Positions 43,866-52,829 of a DNA stretch of 64,000 nt are shown piece by piece. The translations under genes were made by a program, and so were the position numbers. Within the stretch, counting starts at the first letter, position 1. Each line of letters opens with the position of its first letter. Location of the stretch: IMG/VR virus record IMGVR_UViG_3300048516_000001, positions 1 to 64,000 of that record. One strand, 5' to 3'. Below the pieces are notes generated by a model. That model was not told the origin of the DNA. It did not search any database and worked only from the letters and a program-made list of their open reading frames with translations. The DNA comes from a virus.

Positions 43866-44258
43866 AAGTGACAATATTATCAATTGTTTAAAGCTGTGTG
43901 GAATTAAGAGTGAATCAACGAAAGTAGAGCCAGAAAAGGTAACAGAGTTGATTCACAATGCTGACGAGATAGCAACTCAACTAGGTACATATTTATTCGG
44001 ATTTAGCGCTAATTGTGTTGCCGCCAGCTACCACGGATTAAAGCCTTTTCGCAGCAGTGGAAGTATTGATGGCTGTCAGGGTTAAACGCACACTTCCATC
44101 GTTCTTTATTTGTTGACGAGCGCTTTGGATTTAAGAAAGCTCAAACTTACGCGCATATAGAAGGTAAAAAAACTAACGACTCTGAATTGCTCAAACATTA
44201 TTTTGGTAGCGCCGTCACTCAAAAAAAAGATAGGTTAGAGTTTAATTCACAATTTTAA

Positions 44259-44861
44259 TTAAGGCTCCAAATCGGTTAATTCCCTTGCAACCTCTTCCAG
44301 TCTGGTGATTGTTATTACTTCCGGCGTGTTAACTCCAATATACTTCTTTTTAGGGCTTTTCCCACCCATTTTTCGACAGCCGTACCAATACCACAGAGCA
44401 TTCTGTGGCTGTCTTCTGGCAGTGAAAGGTTTATGCCCCAGAGAAGACACGAACCGAAAAGATGGAACCGATTGCAGCCAGTCCCTACCCTGTTCTGAAT
44501 CTAATTGAAAAATTGTTCCGTCTGGTAGCGTGACCGCACCCGCTGAGACTATGGCGATGGTTTGTTGCATAGTCCTTCCCCTTGCGTCGCGAGTAAAGGT
44601 TACGCCTGACTCTTGCGACTGCGAGGATTCTTTTTGCTGAAGTGACATTTTACTGATTTCCGTGTTTTCGTGCTCATCTAGGCTACCATGCTGACCGGAT
44701 TTTGGGAAGCCCCGATTTTGATGGGTCAGCATATTTACTGAATCACACCCACGCCCGCGAATATACGCTACCGTCACGCTATCTGTCAACCCCCTTATGC
44801 CAGTTTCCGTGTAATCGTTACACCGCATACTTTTTAAGCCTTTGTGACAGTTTCTTTGCAA
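44259..44861 (-). CDS. Hypothetical protein (start uncertain, possibly 44648)
   Basis: The C-terminal part FTARRQPQNALWYWYGCRKMGGKSPKKKYIG looks like a conserved small domain. The N-terminal third overlaps a plus-strand promoter region. Confidence 0.4.
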   Translation of the reverse strand: MQRNCHKGLKSMRCNDYTETGIRGLTDSVTVAYIRGRGCDSVNMLTHQNRGFPKSGQHGSLDEHENTEISKMSLQQKESSQSQESGVTFTRDARGRTMQQTIAIVSAGAVTLPDGTIFQLDSEQGRDWLQSVPSFRFVSSLGHKPFTARRQPQNALWYWYGCRKMGGKSPKKKYIGVNTPEVITITRLEEVARELTDLEP

Positions 44862-44867
44862 AAATGC

Positions 44868-44896
44868 TTGACAAATCCCAAAATCTGTGGGATAGT
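44868..44896 (+). promoter_or_regulatory. Family-A promoter, copy 4 (diverged)
   Basis: TTGACA 44868-73, 17 nt, GATAGT 44891-96. Confidence 0.45.
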
Positions 44897-45006
44897 AGTT
44901 TTAGTTGGAAAAACGAACCGCCAACAACGCCTCACTACCGCTACTGTCCACAACTGTTACCCAGTATACGTCTCAAGCCTCCTCAAAAAATACTTTTGAA
45001 AAACGC

Positions 45007-45036
45007 TTGACAAACTATCGGACAGTAGCCTATAGT
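45007..45036 (+). promoter_or_regulatory. Family-A promoter, copy 5
   Basis: AAAAATACTTTTGAAAAACGC, TTGACA 45007-12, 18 nt, TATAGT 45031-36, then GATAACAGATA. Confidence 0.6.
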
Positions 45037-45071
45037 GATAACAGATACAAAACACCACTGAACCTTGACAA

Positions 45072-45425
45072 ATGAATATGCCTAACATAAACGCCTCGCT
45101 TATCCAAACCGCGCTGCTAGCACTACAACAGTCCAATCAATTGGAGTTCACTATGACCGGCGGCGACAGTGAAGACAAATCGGGATTCTGGTGGAAAAAC
45201 TACGTGACAGACGATGATATCCTCCTTCATTCCATCGTTTACTTGACTGAAGCTTCACCCACCGGGTACGCAGTACAGACGTGCTACTCCGTCTGCGACG
45301 AAGACGACGATGAAGTATTAGCCGTGATGCTGGACAAAAATCTTGAAACTTTCAAAGATTTTCAACTCATCTTCGCTCCTGACTACCTCGAAAAAGTTTA
45401 TGTTTCTCATATTTCCGAAAACTAA
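45072..45425 (+). CDS. Hypothetical acidic protein
   Basis: 117-aa ORF after the promoter. Confidence 0.55.
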   Translation: MNMPNINASLIQTALLALQQSNQLEFTMTGGDSEDKSGFWWKNYVTDDDILLHSIVYLTEASPTGYAVQTCYSVCDEDDDEVLAVMLDKNLETFKDFQLIFAPDYLEKVYVSHISEN

Positions 45426-45506
45426 ATAGAACCTCAACCGGGCGGGAAACCGCCCCACGCCCACACCCTACACATTCTTACGCACTCAGACCCACAGGAC
45501 AAAAAC

Positions 45507-46055
45507 ATGGAATTACTAACAGCTCGCTTTGCACAAATCGCCACACAAATCGACGCTACAACTGCTCAAATTACCGCGCTACAAGCTCAACTCAGTGAAC
45601 TGCAAGAGCATCAGCAACAACTGTTATCAGTCGAACAAGCTTGCCAGTCGGCGCTCTCTCAGGTTGATACCGCGTTGATGATGTTGCACCACGTAGACCC
45701 GTCGCAGGTTGCTGTTTTCAAAGAAGCGATGGTCGCAAAATTTAGCACCGAGGTAATTGCTCAACTGCCTGCAAGCCCAGAACCGGAACCCGTGCCAGAG
45801 CCGACACCAGCACCAGCACCAGCGCCAGAACCGGAAGCGCCAGCGGTTGATGTCGAGATTGCTCCAATTATTGATCAACATTTGGAGCCGGAGCCGGAAG
45901 AAACTGCGACAGTCACAGAACTTAATCAGCTTTCCATTCAGATTATTCGCAAGCTTGCCAGTAAGAAGAAAGTCGGAGGAAGCGGGACGCGAGCGGAAAT
46001 TGCCTCGCGCTTAGCGGGACTTGTAACCAAGGATGAGATTTGGAAATCTGCCTAA
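45507..46055 (+). CDS. Hypothetical protein: coiled-coil, PE/PA linker, SAP-like C-terminus
   Basis: 182 aa with PEPEPVPEPTPAPAPAPEPEAP. The C-terminal LNQLSIQIIRKLASKKKV..RAEIASRLAGL is SAP-motif-like. Confidence 0.6.
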   Translation: MELLTARFAQIATQIDATTAQITALQAQLSELQEHQQQLLSVEQACQSALSQVDTALMMLHHVDPSQVAVFKEAMVAKFSTEVIAQLPASPEPEPVPEPTPAPAPAPEPEAPAVDVEIAPIIDQHLEPEPEETATVTELNQLSIQIIRKLASKKKVGGSGTRAEIASRLAGLVTKDEIWKSA

Positions 46056-46113
46056 GTCTTCGGGGGGTGCGTCCCGCCAACGCACAACAGAAATCACTTA
46101 CGAAAACCGTACA

Positions 46114-46674
46114 ATGCAAACACAATCAACACCGCCAACAATCGCCGATTACCGCCTTCAATTAGATACCTTGCGTCAGCAAGAAAACGAGCTATTTCAA
46201 CTAGCTCTAACTAACCCACAAGAAGAGATTCTAGAACAAATTCAAGCAATTTGGACACAACGAAACAAGGTATATCAAACAATGGATAACGCTATTACAC
46301 CAATGCCAGCCGAACTCATTCAATCCGTTTCAGAGCCAGCACCCGTGGTCGAAACACCCTATACCTTAGAAGAATTTCAAGCTATCCCAAGTGTCGGAAG
46401 TTGGCGATATACGGGTGAAGTTTTCAAGCGCTACTGGGTTTGTAAATGCGCGACGGGAAGGTATTCAACACTTCCCCAATCAGTTATCAATTCCTACGGG
46501 CTGACCCCCCGCCAAGTGGCAATCTTGGAAGAAAAAATCCAAATTACTAGACCTAATGTCGTTGAACCAATGCCAGACGGAGGGTATGAGCCTTGTTGGC
46601 ACGATATAGCAGCGATGTCTCGCACGGACAAGGATTACGCCAGTAACAGAGAAATCATAATGGGACGGTACTAA
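46114..46674 (+). CDS. Hypothetical protein
   Basis: Start set at MQTQSTPP. The longer track ORF overlaps the previous gene. Confidence 0.55.
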   Translation: MQTQSTPPTIADYRLQLDTLRQQENELFQLALTNPQEEILEQIQAIWTQRNKVYQTMDNAITPMPAELIQSVSEPAPVVETPYTLEEFQAIPSVGSWRYTGEVFKRYWVCKCATGRYSTLPQSVINSYGLTPRQVAILEEKIQITRPNVVEPMPDGGYEPCWHDIAAMSRTDKDYASNREIIMGRY

Positions 46675-46734
46675 GTTTGCGGGGGTCGCGCATCCGTCAA
46701 ACGCGAAGTAACATCAACCAGGAGAAAACGAACG

Positions 46735-46977
46735 ATGCCAGAAGTAAGACCTTTCGCGACCACAGAAACACTGAACCTAGTCAACGCAGCCGCCATCAAT
46801 CAAAAGCAATTACTCCGGCTACAGCTAGCAGCGCAAATACTGTCGGGAATAATTACAGGCAACGATGCTTTGTGGTGTAGAGACTCAGATGCAAGTTGTA
46901 GCGACAAAGAAATGACTGACAGGGCGCTGAAATTTGCCGACTTACTACTTAAAAAAGTCACAGAGTCAGCCGACTAA
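46735..46977 (+). CDS. Hypothetical protein
   Basis: 80-aa ORF. Confidence 0.45.
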   Translation: MPEVRPFATTETLNLVNAAAINQKQLLRLQLAAQILSGIITGNDALWCRDSDASCSDKEMTDRALKFADLLLKKVTESAD

Positions 46978-47047
46978 ACCAGTCTAACTCAGAGGGGCGT
47001 GACTCACACAACGCGCAAGCAACCACTAATCAACCACCAACACTGAC

Positions 47048-47392
47048 ATGACACACTTAAACGTAACTAGAGACATTGCAATTGATGCCGTTAATTACCG
47101 AATTAGCGTCCAGAGTTACCAGATTTACAATCTAATAGGGTCGGGTGATCTGATAACAAATATAGTAATACTCGAAGGATGGCTTGTACTTGGATGTCTG
47201 CGAGGCTACTCTAGTTTAGGCGATGATATTCCACTGATTTCAAAAAATACTGATAAAAATTACGAATCATCAAGAGGAAACTTTCACGCAGAAGAAGGAC
47301 GAGAATTGGCGGTAGAATACTTACAGCGTTTGACGGATGCTCAATTGATTGAAGCAATCCAACGAACGTTTAACAACACGGCGAATATTTAG
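47048..47392 (+). CDS. Hypothetical protein
   Basis: 114-aa ORF. Confidence 0.5.
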   Translation: MTHLNVTRDIAIDAVNYRISVQSYQIYNLIGSGDLITNIVILEGWLVLGCLRGYSSLGDDIPLISKNTDKNYESSRGNFHAEEGRELAVEYLQRLTDAQLIEAIQRTFNNTANI

Positions 47393-47463
47393 TCTAACAG
47401 CATTTCTAATCTTTAAGCGCATCAGCGGGAGTTGCGCCCCGCACCACTTAAAGGAGTCACACA

Positions 47464-48009
47464 TTGAAAACCCAACTCGAAGAAATCAACCCCGGTGAAG
47501 CCGCTCTAGTCATGTGCGTAGACATGAAAACTTATGATTACGCAAGCAAAAAAGAAAAGTCATTTCAAGGTGTTCCAATCTTGCCTCATGAGTCGCACAC
47601 AGATGTTGGAATTATCAATTTTCCTGATGAGCATTATCATTACGATTTCCGCTTTTTTCCCAAAGAACTCGTGACAAATTTAGTTGGAGAACATGACGAA
47701 TTTATTGCCGAGGATCCTGACGAATGGTTGGCGGTAGTTCAACGGGCTGACGAGGTAATAGGCAAGCCGTATCTAAAAGAATTGATATGCCTCAGAGAGA
47801 TGCCTGTCTTTCCGCTTAATTACAAATTCAGCGCTAAGCTTGAACGAGCCTATGAGCAGCATTCATTGGTCAACAACATATGCCCTCACAAGGGTTACAT
47901 GACGTTTGAATCAAACTGTCATGGCTGTGACCGGATTTGCCCTGGGCACGGACTGGGATTCAAAGATAGTAAAGTTTACAAGCGTAGCAAGTTTCTAAGG
48001 TACAATTAA
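47464..48009 (+). CDS. Rieske-type [2Fe-2S] motif protein
   Basis: CPH-X16-CPGH (ICPHKGYMTFESNCHGCDRICPGHG) fits the Rieske C-x-H-x15-17-C-x-x-H spacing. Confidence 0.5.
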   Translation: MKTQLEEINPGEAALVMCVDMKTYDYASKKEKSFQGVPILPHESHTDVGIINFPDEHYHYDFRFFPKELVTNLVGEHDEFIAEDPDEWLAVVQRADEVIGKPYLKELICLREMPVFPLNYKFSAKLERAYEQHSLVNNICPHKGYMTFESNCHGCDRICPGHGLGFKDSKVYKRSKFLRYN

Positions 48010-48156
48010 AACAATCACGTTCCACCCAAACTCAACCAACAGCAGTTTATCCGTAACGGGAATTGCTGTTGGTTGAGCTTTCATATTAAGGAGTAACACA
48101 ATGGCTAACGTAACGCTTAAAGAAGTTATTCAGAATGCTCCAGCGGAGTTACAAAA

Positions 48157-48624
48157 TCAAAGTCCTAGAAACTCTCTAGGTACGATTAATTTAAGTATGA
48201 ATCCTGCATCTAGCAGGCACTTAATGGGTGACGAAACTAGATAAAACTTATCAGAAATTTCTTCAATTACTGATATTGAGATTCCTTCCATCTGTGCGCT
48301 CGTAGGCATTCTGGTCAGGTAAGATATTTCTGTTATACACATATAACCGCAATTTCTGGCACAGAGTGACTGCTTGTAAATCGGTTTCTCGCCTACAGTC
48401 TCGAAGATATAAGTCTGTTCTTCTTTAAGGACTGTTGCCCGAATCTTGTTGGGATTGTTGTCGCAAAACGCTTTCGAGCGCAAGCATTGCCTTAAGTATT
48501 GCGTCCAACGTTTTATGATTTTGGCAATATCTCTGTCTTCTTCTTCTTCTTCCGATTCTTCCAGAAGATATCTGACTTCTTCAGAGGTTGGTATGCAATC
48601 GACATCGATATTGGACAATGACAT
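48157..48624 (-). CDS. Hypothetical protein
   Basis: 155-aa ORF, an isolated minus-strand gene. Confidence 0.5.
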   Translation of the reverse strand: MSLSNIDVDCIPTSEEVRYLLEESEEEEEDRDIAKIIKRWTQYLRQCLRSKAFCDNNPNKIRATVLKEEQTYIFETVGEKPIYKQSLCARNCGYMCITEISYLTRMPTSAQMEGISISVIEEISDKFYLVSSPIKCLLDAGFILKLIVPREFLGL

Positions 48625-48933
48625 ATACTTTGATATCCTTTGTGATTTGACTGCCTTATTATGGTATCAGTTAAAGACGGTTATTGCAATGAAATCGCGC
48701 AATAAGTAACATCAAATAAAAAAGCTTTTATTGACCGTCTTTTTTCCTTTCTTCAAGTGAGTCGTATTCTTAATATGTCTATTGTATTAATGGTTTTTAC
48801 TGTTAGAATAGTTATATAATACAACGATACAAATATCGCATATATCCAAATTCTCCGCAAGTTCATAGTCTTGCTAAATTGTTTGGATGCTGTCGTGTCG
48901 TAACAACAAGACCCGCCAATAAGAGCGTAACCG

Positions 48934-49155
48934 ATGCCAATTAACAACTACAGGACTCGTGACAATCGTGGAGAGAATCACCCTCGTTCAATTCTAACCG
49001 AGGGTGACGTTTGGGAGATTATCAAGCTCCAATCTGAAGGACTTAGTATTGAATCAATCTCTCAAAAGTTTGGAGTGTCCAAAAGTACGGTTCGCAGTAT
49101 TTTAGCAGGGAAATCTTGGAAGCATTTAAAAAGGGAAAAAGATGCAAATAATTAA
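48934..49155 (+). CDS. Small HTH DNA-binding protein
   Basis: EGLSIESISQKFGVSKSTVRSILAGKSW is a typical HTH. Confidence 0.55.
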   Translation: MPINNYRTRDNRGENHPRSILTEGDVWEIIKLQSEGLSIESISQKFGVSKSTVRSILAGKSWKHLKREKDANN

Positions 49156-49504
49156 ATGGCTTAACGACAACGAAGTATTAATTAGCAGTCAGCTTGCTTC
49201 AGCAATGGCGGCATTTGAGTTCCACAATGGCAAACTTAGTTTGACTGACGAGTCAGTGGGTGGACTTATCAAAGAGTTAGTTAAGTTCACTAAAGAAGCA
49301 TTACAAGATAGAGACAACTTCTATGGCAAAGGCGACAAAGCTAGTACGGTTTACAACTTAATCTCAGAAAATTGTGCATCCCACGGACTACAGCGCGCAA
49401 TTGACGAAATAGAAAACAGGTTGCATGAATGGAAAGTTTGCGATGAAATTGATTGCTTAATAGTTGAAGTTGTAGCCTGTACGGTTCAATGTTGTGACAA
49501 CTGA
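49142..49504 (+). CDS. Hypothetical protein
   Basis: 120-aa ORF overlapping the previous gene. Confidence 0.5.
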   Translation: MQIIKWLNDNEVLISSQLASAMAAFEFHNGKLSLTDESVGGLIKELVKFTKEALQDRDNFYGKGDKASTVYNLISENCASHGLQRAIDEIENRLHEWKVCDEIDCLIVEVVACTVQCCDN

Positions 49505-49520
49505 ACTTTGCTAAGCAGTG

Positions 49521-50615
49521 TCAAAACCATTGCTCTATAACTGCCTCAGCTACTCGTTGCATCATTCTAGGTGGAACGCTCATACCAATCATGTACTTGC
49601 CTATTCTGTCAGTCTTGGCTTGATAGTCATCAGGAAATGAGCCGAGGCGTTTCCATTCCCGGAATGTGAGAGTGCGGCATTCTGACCAATGTGTGAGCTT
49701 TCCAGGATTCCCGGTTAAGGTATTGCTAGGAGTTGCGCTGCTTATCTTGCAATGATTAAAATAAGCTCTTCGACCAAGCTCACGCACTGTTGCAACTTCA
49801 AAACCTTCTCCAGGATTTATTTTGTAATACCAATTTTTCGTTAAATTAGTTGGCGCTGTGTCTCTAATCTCACTATCAGTCAATATTTGCAAATCACTTG
49901 TAGCATCGCCTGCGCTAATCCATCTGTGCGTAGGGTTAAGAATCAATTTAGGCTTGGCAATATCATTTCGTAGCGCTACGAAAAACACACGCTCTCGCTT
50001 TTGTGGAACGCCACAATCGGCGGCGTTAACTAGAAATAGTTGAACGGTATATCCAATTTCCTTAAACCTAGCCATTATTAATTTTACATATCCTTTGGCG
50101 TTGCCTTGAATCAAGCCTTTGACATTTTCGGCAATACAGATTTTAGGCTTAAGTCTTTCAGCTAAATCTAAGTAGTCAAAAAACAAATCATCTAGCACTT
50201 GCTTAGATTGCCCTTCCCTAAAATGTTTTGCTTTCCCCCAGTCTTTCTCTCTGTTACCAGACATTGAGAAGTTAGAACAAGGTGGGCTACCGTCTAAGAT
50301 ATCCAAACTAAACAATTCGTCAGGCAGTTCTTGCTTAACTAAATCCTTAACAGGACACAAGAAATAATATTTTGGATTCAGATTTAATTTATAGTGATAA
50401 GCCATTTCTGGGTCTATATCATTAGCAGCAATCACATCACAACCAGCTAATTTATAACCTAGTGAACTGCCACCACCACAACTAAAAGTTGTCAATACTT
50501 TTAATCCGTTTTTTGGCACAGACTCCAAATCTTTTAAGAACCAAGCATAAGGATTAGTCGTTGAATTCAAATTGACATTTTGGACACTTGTGTTGGAATT
50601 CATAATCATCTGCAT
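49521..50615 (-). CDS. DNA (cytosine-5)-methyltransferase
   Basis: Motif I FSCGGGSSLG, motif IV GSPPCSNFS, motif VI ENVKGL, motif VIII QKRERVFFVA. Confidence 0.9.
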   Translation of the reverse strand: MQMIMNSNTSVQNVNLNSTTNPYAWFLKDLESVPKNGLKVLTTFSCGGGSSLGYKLAGCDVIAANDIDPEMAYHYKLNLNPKYYFLCPVKDLVKQELPDELFSLDILDGSPPCSNFSMSGNREKDWGKAKHFREGQSKQVLDDLFFDYLDLAERLKPKICIAENVKGLIQGNAKGYVKLIMARFKEIGYTVQLFLVNAADCGVPQKRERVFFVALRNDIAKPKLILNPTHRWISAGDATSDLQILTDSEIRDTAPTNLTKNWYYKINPGEGFEVATVRELGRRAYFNHCKISSATPSNTLTGNPGKLTHWSECRTLTFREWKRLGSFPDDYQAKTDRIGKYMIGMSVPPRMMQRVAEAVIEQWF

Positions 50616-51195
50616 CTATTTCTTTAGTTGAAGAAGGTTTAATACTATTATCGTCATCTTCATTTTGCATATTGTCAAGATTTAACAAAAAGTCAATATC
50701 ATCCCCGTCAAATCCAATCATCAACTCCTGAGCGTCTGCTAGTTCTTGAAGTTCAGCAAGCAGACCTTCATCATACATTCTGGAAATATCAAGCGCGGTG
50801 AAGTCGCCGCCAACCATAGTCAGGGCGTTGTCATCTATCGCGTAAGCACGAGCCTTAACTTCCGACTCAGAATCATTCCCGAACAATACCGGGACGCACC
50901 AGTTACTGCTATCATCAATTGCAATCCCTTTCGGTGGCTTCTCTCCGTTGTGTTGCATCCATAATAATGCCTCAACCCGCCCATTTCCGGCAACTACGCC
51001 ACCAGCGCCACCGTTTAGCTTAGACTCCCATTTGATTGCTGATTTAAATCCATACTTTCGTAATGAGTCGGCAATTTTGCCAAGGTCATGTTTTTTGAGA
51101 TTTTTCTCAAATAATGTAGCTTCCGAGATTGAAACGTATTGAAGGGAGAGAAGTGAATCCATAAAGTGCTGATTGATTGTTGTAGATATTATCAC
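50554..51195 (-). CDS. ParB-N/Srx-like domain protein with C-terminal CxxC
   Basis: VVAGNGRVEALLWM resembles the ParB-N GxxR box. An acidic tail ends in KCPKCQ. Overlaps the methyltransferase gene. Confidence 0.5.
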   Translation of the reverse strand: MIISTTINQHFMDSLLSLQYVSISEATLFEKNLKKHDLGKIADSLRKYGFKSAIKWESKLNGGAGGVVAGNGRVEALLWMQHNGEKPPKGIAIDDSSNWCVPVLFGNDSESEVKARAYAIDDNALTMVGGDFTALDISRMYDEGLLAELQELADAQELMIGFDGDDIDFLLNLDNMQNEDDDNSIKPSSTKEIDADDYEFQHKCPKCQFEFND

Positions 51196-51210
51196 CAGTT
51201 TAGCGACGAC

Positions 51211-51239
51211 TTGACAAATGTTGTTTATCTTGCTAAGAT
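51211..51239 (+). promoter_or_regulatory. Family-B promoter, copy 1
   Basis: TTGACA 51211-16, 17 nt, TAAGAT 51234-39. Shares the 18-nt TGTTTATCTTGCTAAGAT with 56105-56122. Confidence 0.55.
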
Positions 51240-51283
51240 ATTAACAGCTAAGTCAAAAGAAGTTTTGAATAAGGAAAGAACCA

Positions 51284-51481
51284 ATGCTAGTCACAGAGCT
51301 AATAGAATACCTCAAGCAATGTAACCCTAACGCCAGGGTCGCGCTTTCAGTAAACGAAGAAGAATGCACATCCGTAGACTTTCTCGATTTCAATACAAGT
51401 CTCAATCGAGTCTGTTTGTACGAGTACAGACCTGAGTCAACCAGTCAATTTGTAATTGTTTCTGAATCAGTTGCAGCGTAA
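51284..51481 (+). CDS. Hypothetical small protein
   Basis: 65-aa ORF. Confidence 0.45.
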   Translation: MLVTELIEYLKQCNPNARVALSVNEEECTSVDFLDFNTSLNRVCLYEYRPESTSQFVIVSESVAA

Positions 51482-51567
51482 TTTCAACTACAGTTAAACG
51501 CATCAATCTATCTTAGGTTGATGCGTTTAGCATTTTAACCACTTCAAAAAGCAAAAGGGGAAAATCA

Positions 51568-52050
51568 ATGGGTGAACAAAAACGTCGGCAGATATTAGAC
51601 ACTGGCTACGGGAAGCCAACACAATTCAGCTATCAGTCTTGTTGTGATGGCAAAGTTGTAGTTAAGCCTCTTAACTGCAAACTATCTGTAACAAGTGGTT
51701 TCCCAATTGAGGTAGAACCGTTCAGGAATATAGAAGAAGTACCAGACCGACTACTAAATCAAGCTAGAAAGGAATGCGTAAAATATGCAGATTTTTGTGC
51801 GCTTGTATTTGTAACAAGTGTCACTTTGGAGGAACGCTTTATTCTCCCTATTGTTGCAACAACATTTCCAACCCTAAACGAAAAAGGAATAATTTCTGTA
51901 GGGGCAATGTACGCTTGTGGCGTTAAAACTAACTCAGACATCGTCAGTATGATGACGCTTGCTCTTGTTATCCCATTAGTCGAAGCAGAAATTAACTACC
52001 TTGTTGCCACAGCGTTTAAAAAGTTTCTTGAGGGGAGACCGCAAACTTGA
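51568..52050 (+). CDS. Hypothetical protein
   Basis: 160-aa ORF. Confidence 0.5.
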   Translation: MGEQKRRQILDTGYGKPTQFSYQSCCDGKVVVKPLNCKLSVTSGFPIEVEPFRNIEEVPDRLLNQARKECVKYADFCALVFVTSVTLEERFILPIVATTFPTLNEKGIISVGAMYACGVKTNSDIVSMMTLALVIPLVEAEINYLVATAFKKFLEGRPQT

Positions 52051-52052
52051 GC

Positions 52053-52135
52053 AAAGTCCAGGCTGTCGTACTTAGGTTGTTCGCGTACCAAAAATCACAA
52101 CAACCTAAGTACGATACTCCAACAAAAACCCTCAA
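52053..52135 (+). repeat. 83-bp direct repeat, copy 1, with 13-bp-stem hairpin
   Basis: CGTACTTAGGTTG, 21 nt, CAACCTAAGTACG (52067-52113). Near-identical copy at 52399-52482. Confidence 0.85.
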
Positions 52136-52398
52136 GTGCTTTCCCGCTAGCAGCCAAAGCTTGTTTGATTTTATATTGGGCAACTTCCCAGCGAACCTGT
52201 TGCCTACCACCTTTGTCCGTTACCTTTTGCTTGACTAATGCCAGTTTGCCCAAAGCACTTTCCAACCCACTACTACATCCGCTCCTATTTGTCAATGATC
52301 AGTAAAAAAGTAAGTTTCTATTGACTATTTTCAATCAATTTAAGACCTGTTAAGACCTGCGAAACTTATAGATATCAAACATATGGAGCCATTCAGGT

Positions 52399-52482
52399 AA
52401 AGTCCAAGTCGTCGTACTTAGGTTGTTCGCGTACCAAAAATCACAATCAACCTAAGTATGATACTCCAGCAAAAACCCTCAA
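52399..52482 (+). repeat. 84-bp direct repeat, copy 2
   Basis: Differs from copy 1 by a few substitutions and a 1-nt insertion. Confidence 0.85.
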
Positions 52483-52829
52483 ACGACTATATATCAACGA
52501 TTCAAGACTAAAACGCATTAAGGTTTATTAACTCTTTATTTTCTTAAAGAAATTTCTATAGAAAAGAGTTAACAAAGAAAAAAGAAATCCTGCACGTCCT
52601 TAAGGCGATTTAGTCTTGAAAACCTTGAAACCCTTACTGTATATAGATTTCTGTGATATCACGGAGGTTGTTGTAAATTCGACACTAATGGGCTACAATT
52701 ATTGCAGGCGAAGGTGCTTTGGGTTATCAACGCTTTTACCAGTTTTTTGATTCCGTCCGGTTCAATGTTCGCAAAAAAACGCCCGCCCCTTGTTCAAGAA
52801 GGACGGGCAATCAACTAGAAAGTATTAAT

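Noticed and set aside
52444-52455. 12-nt identity (CAATCAACCTAA) between the 52-kb repeat and the CRISPR repeat
   Set aside because: This length is well within chance expectation. It is present in only one of the two copies because of a 1-nt indel.
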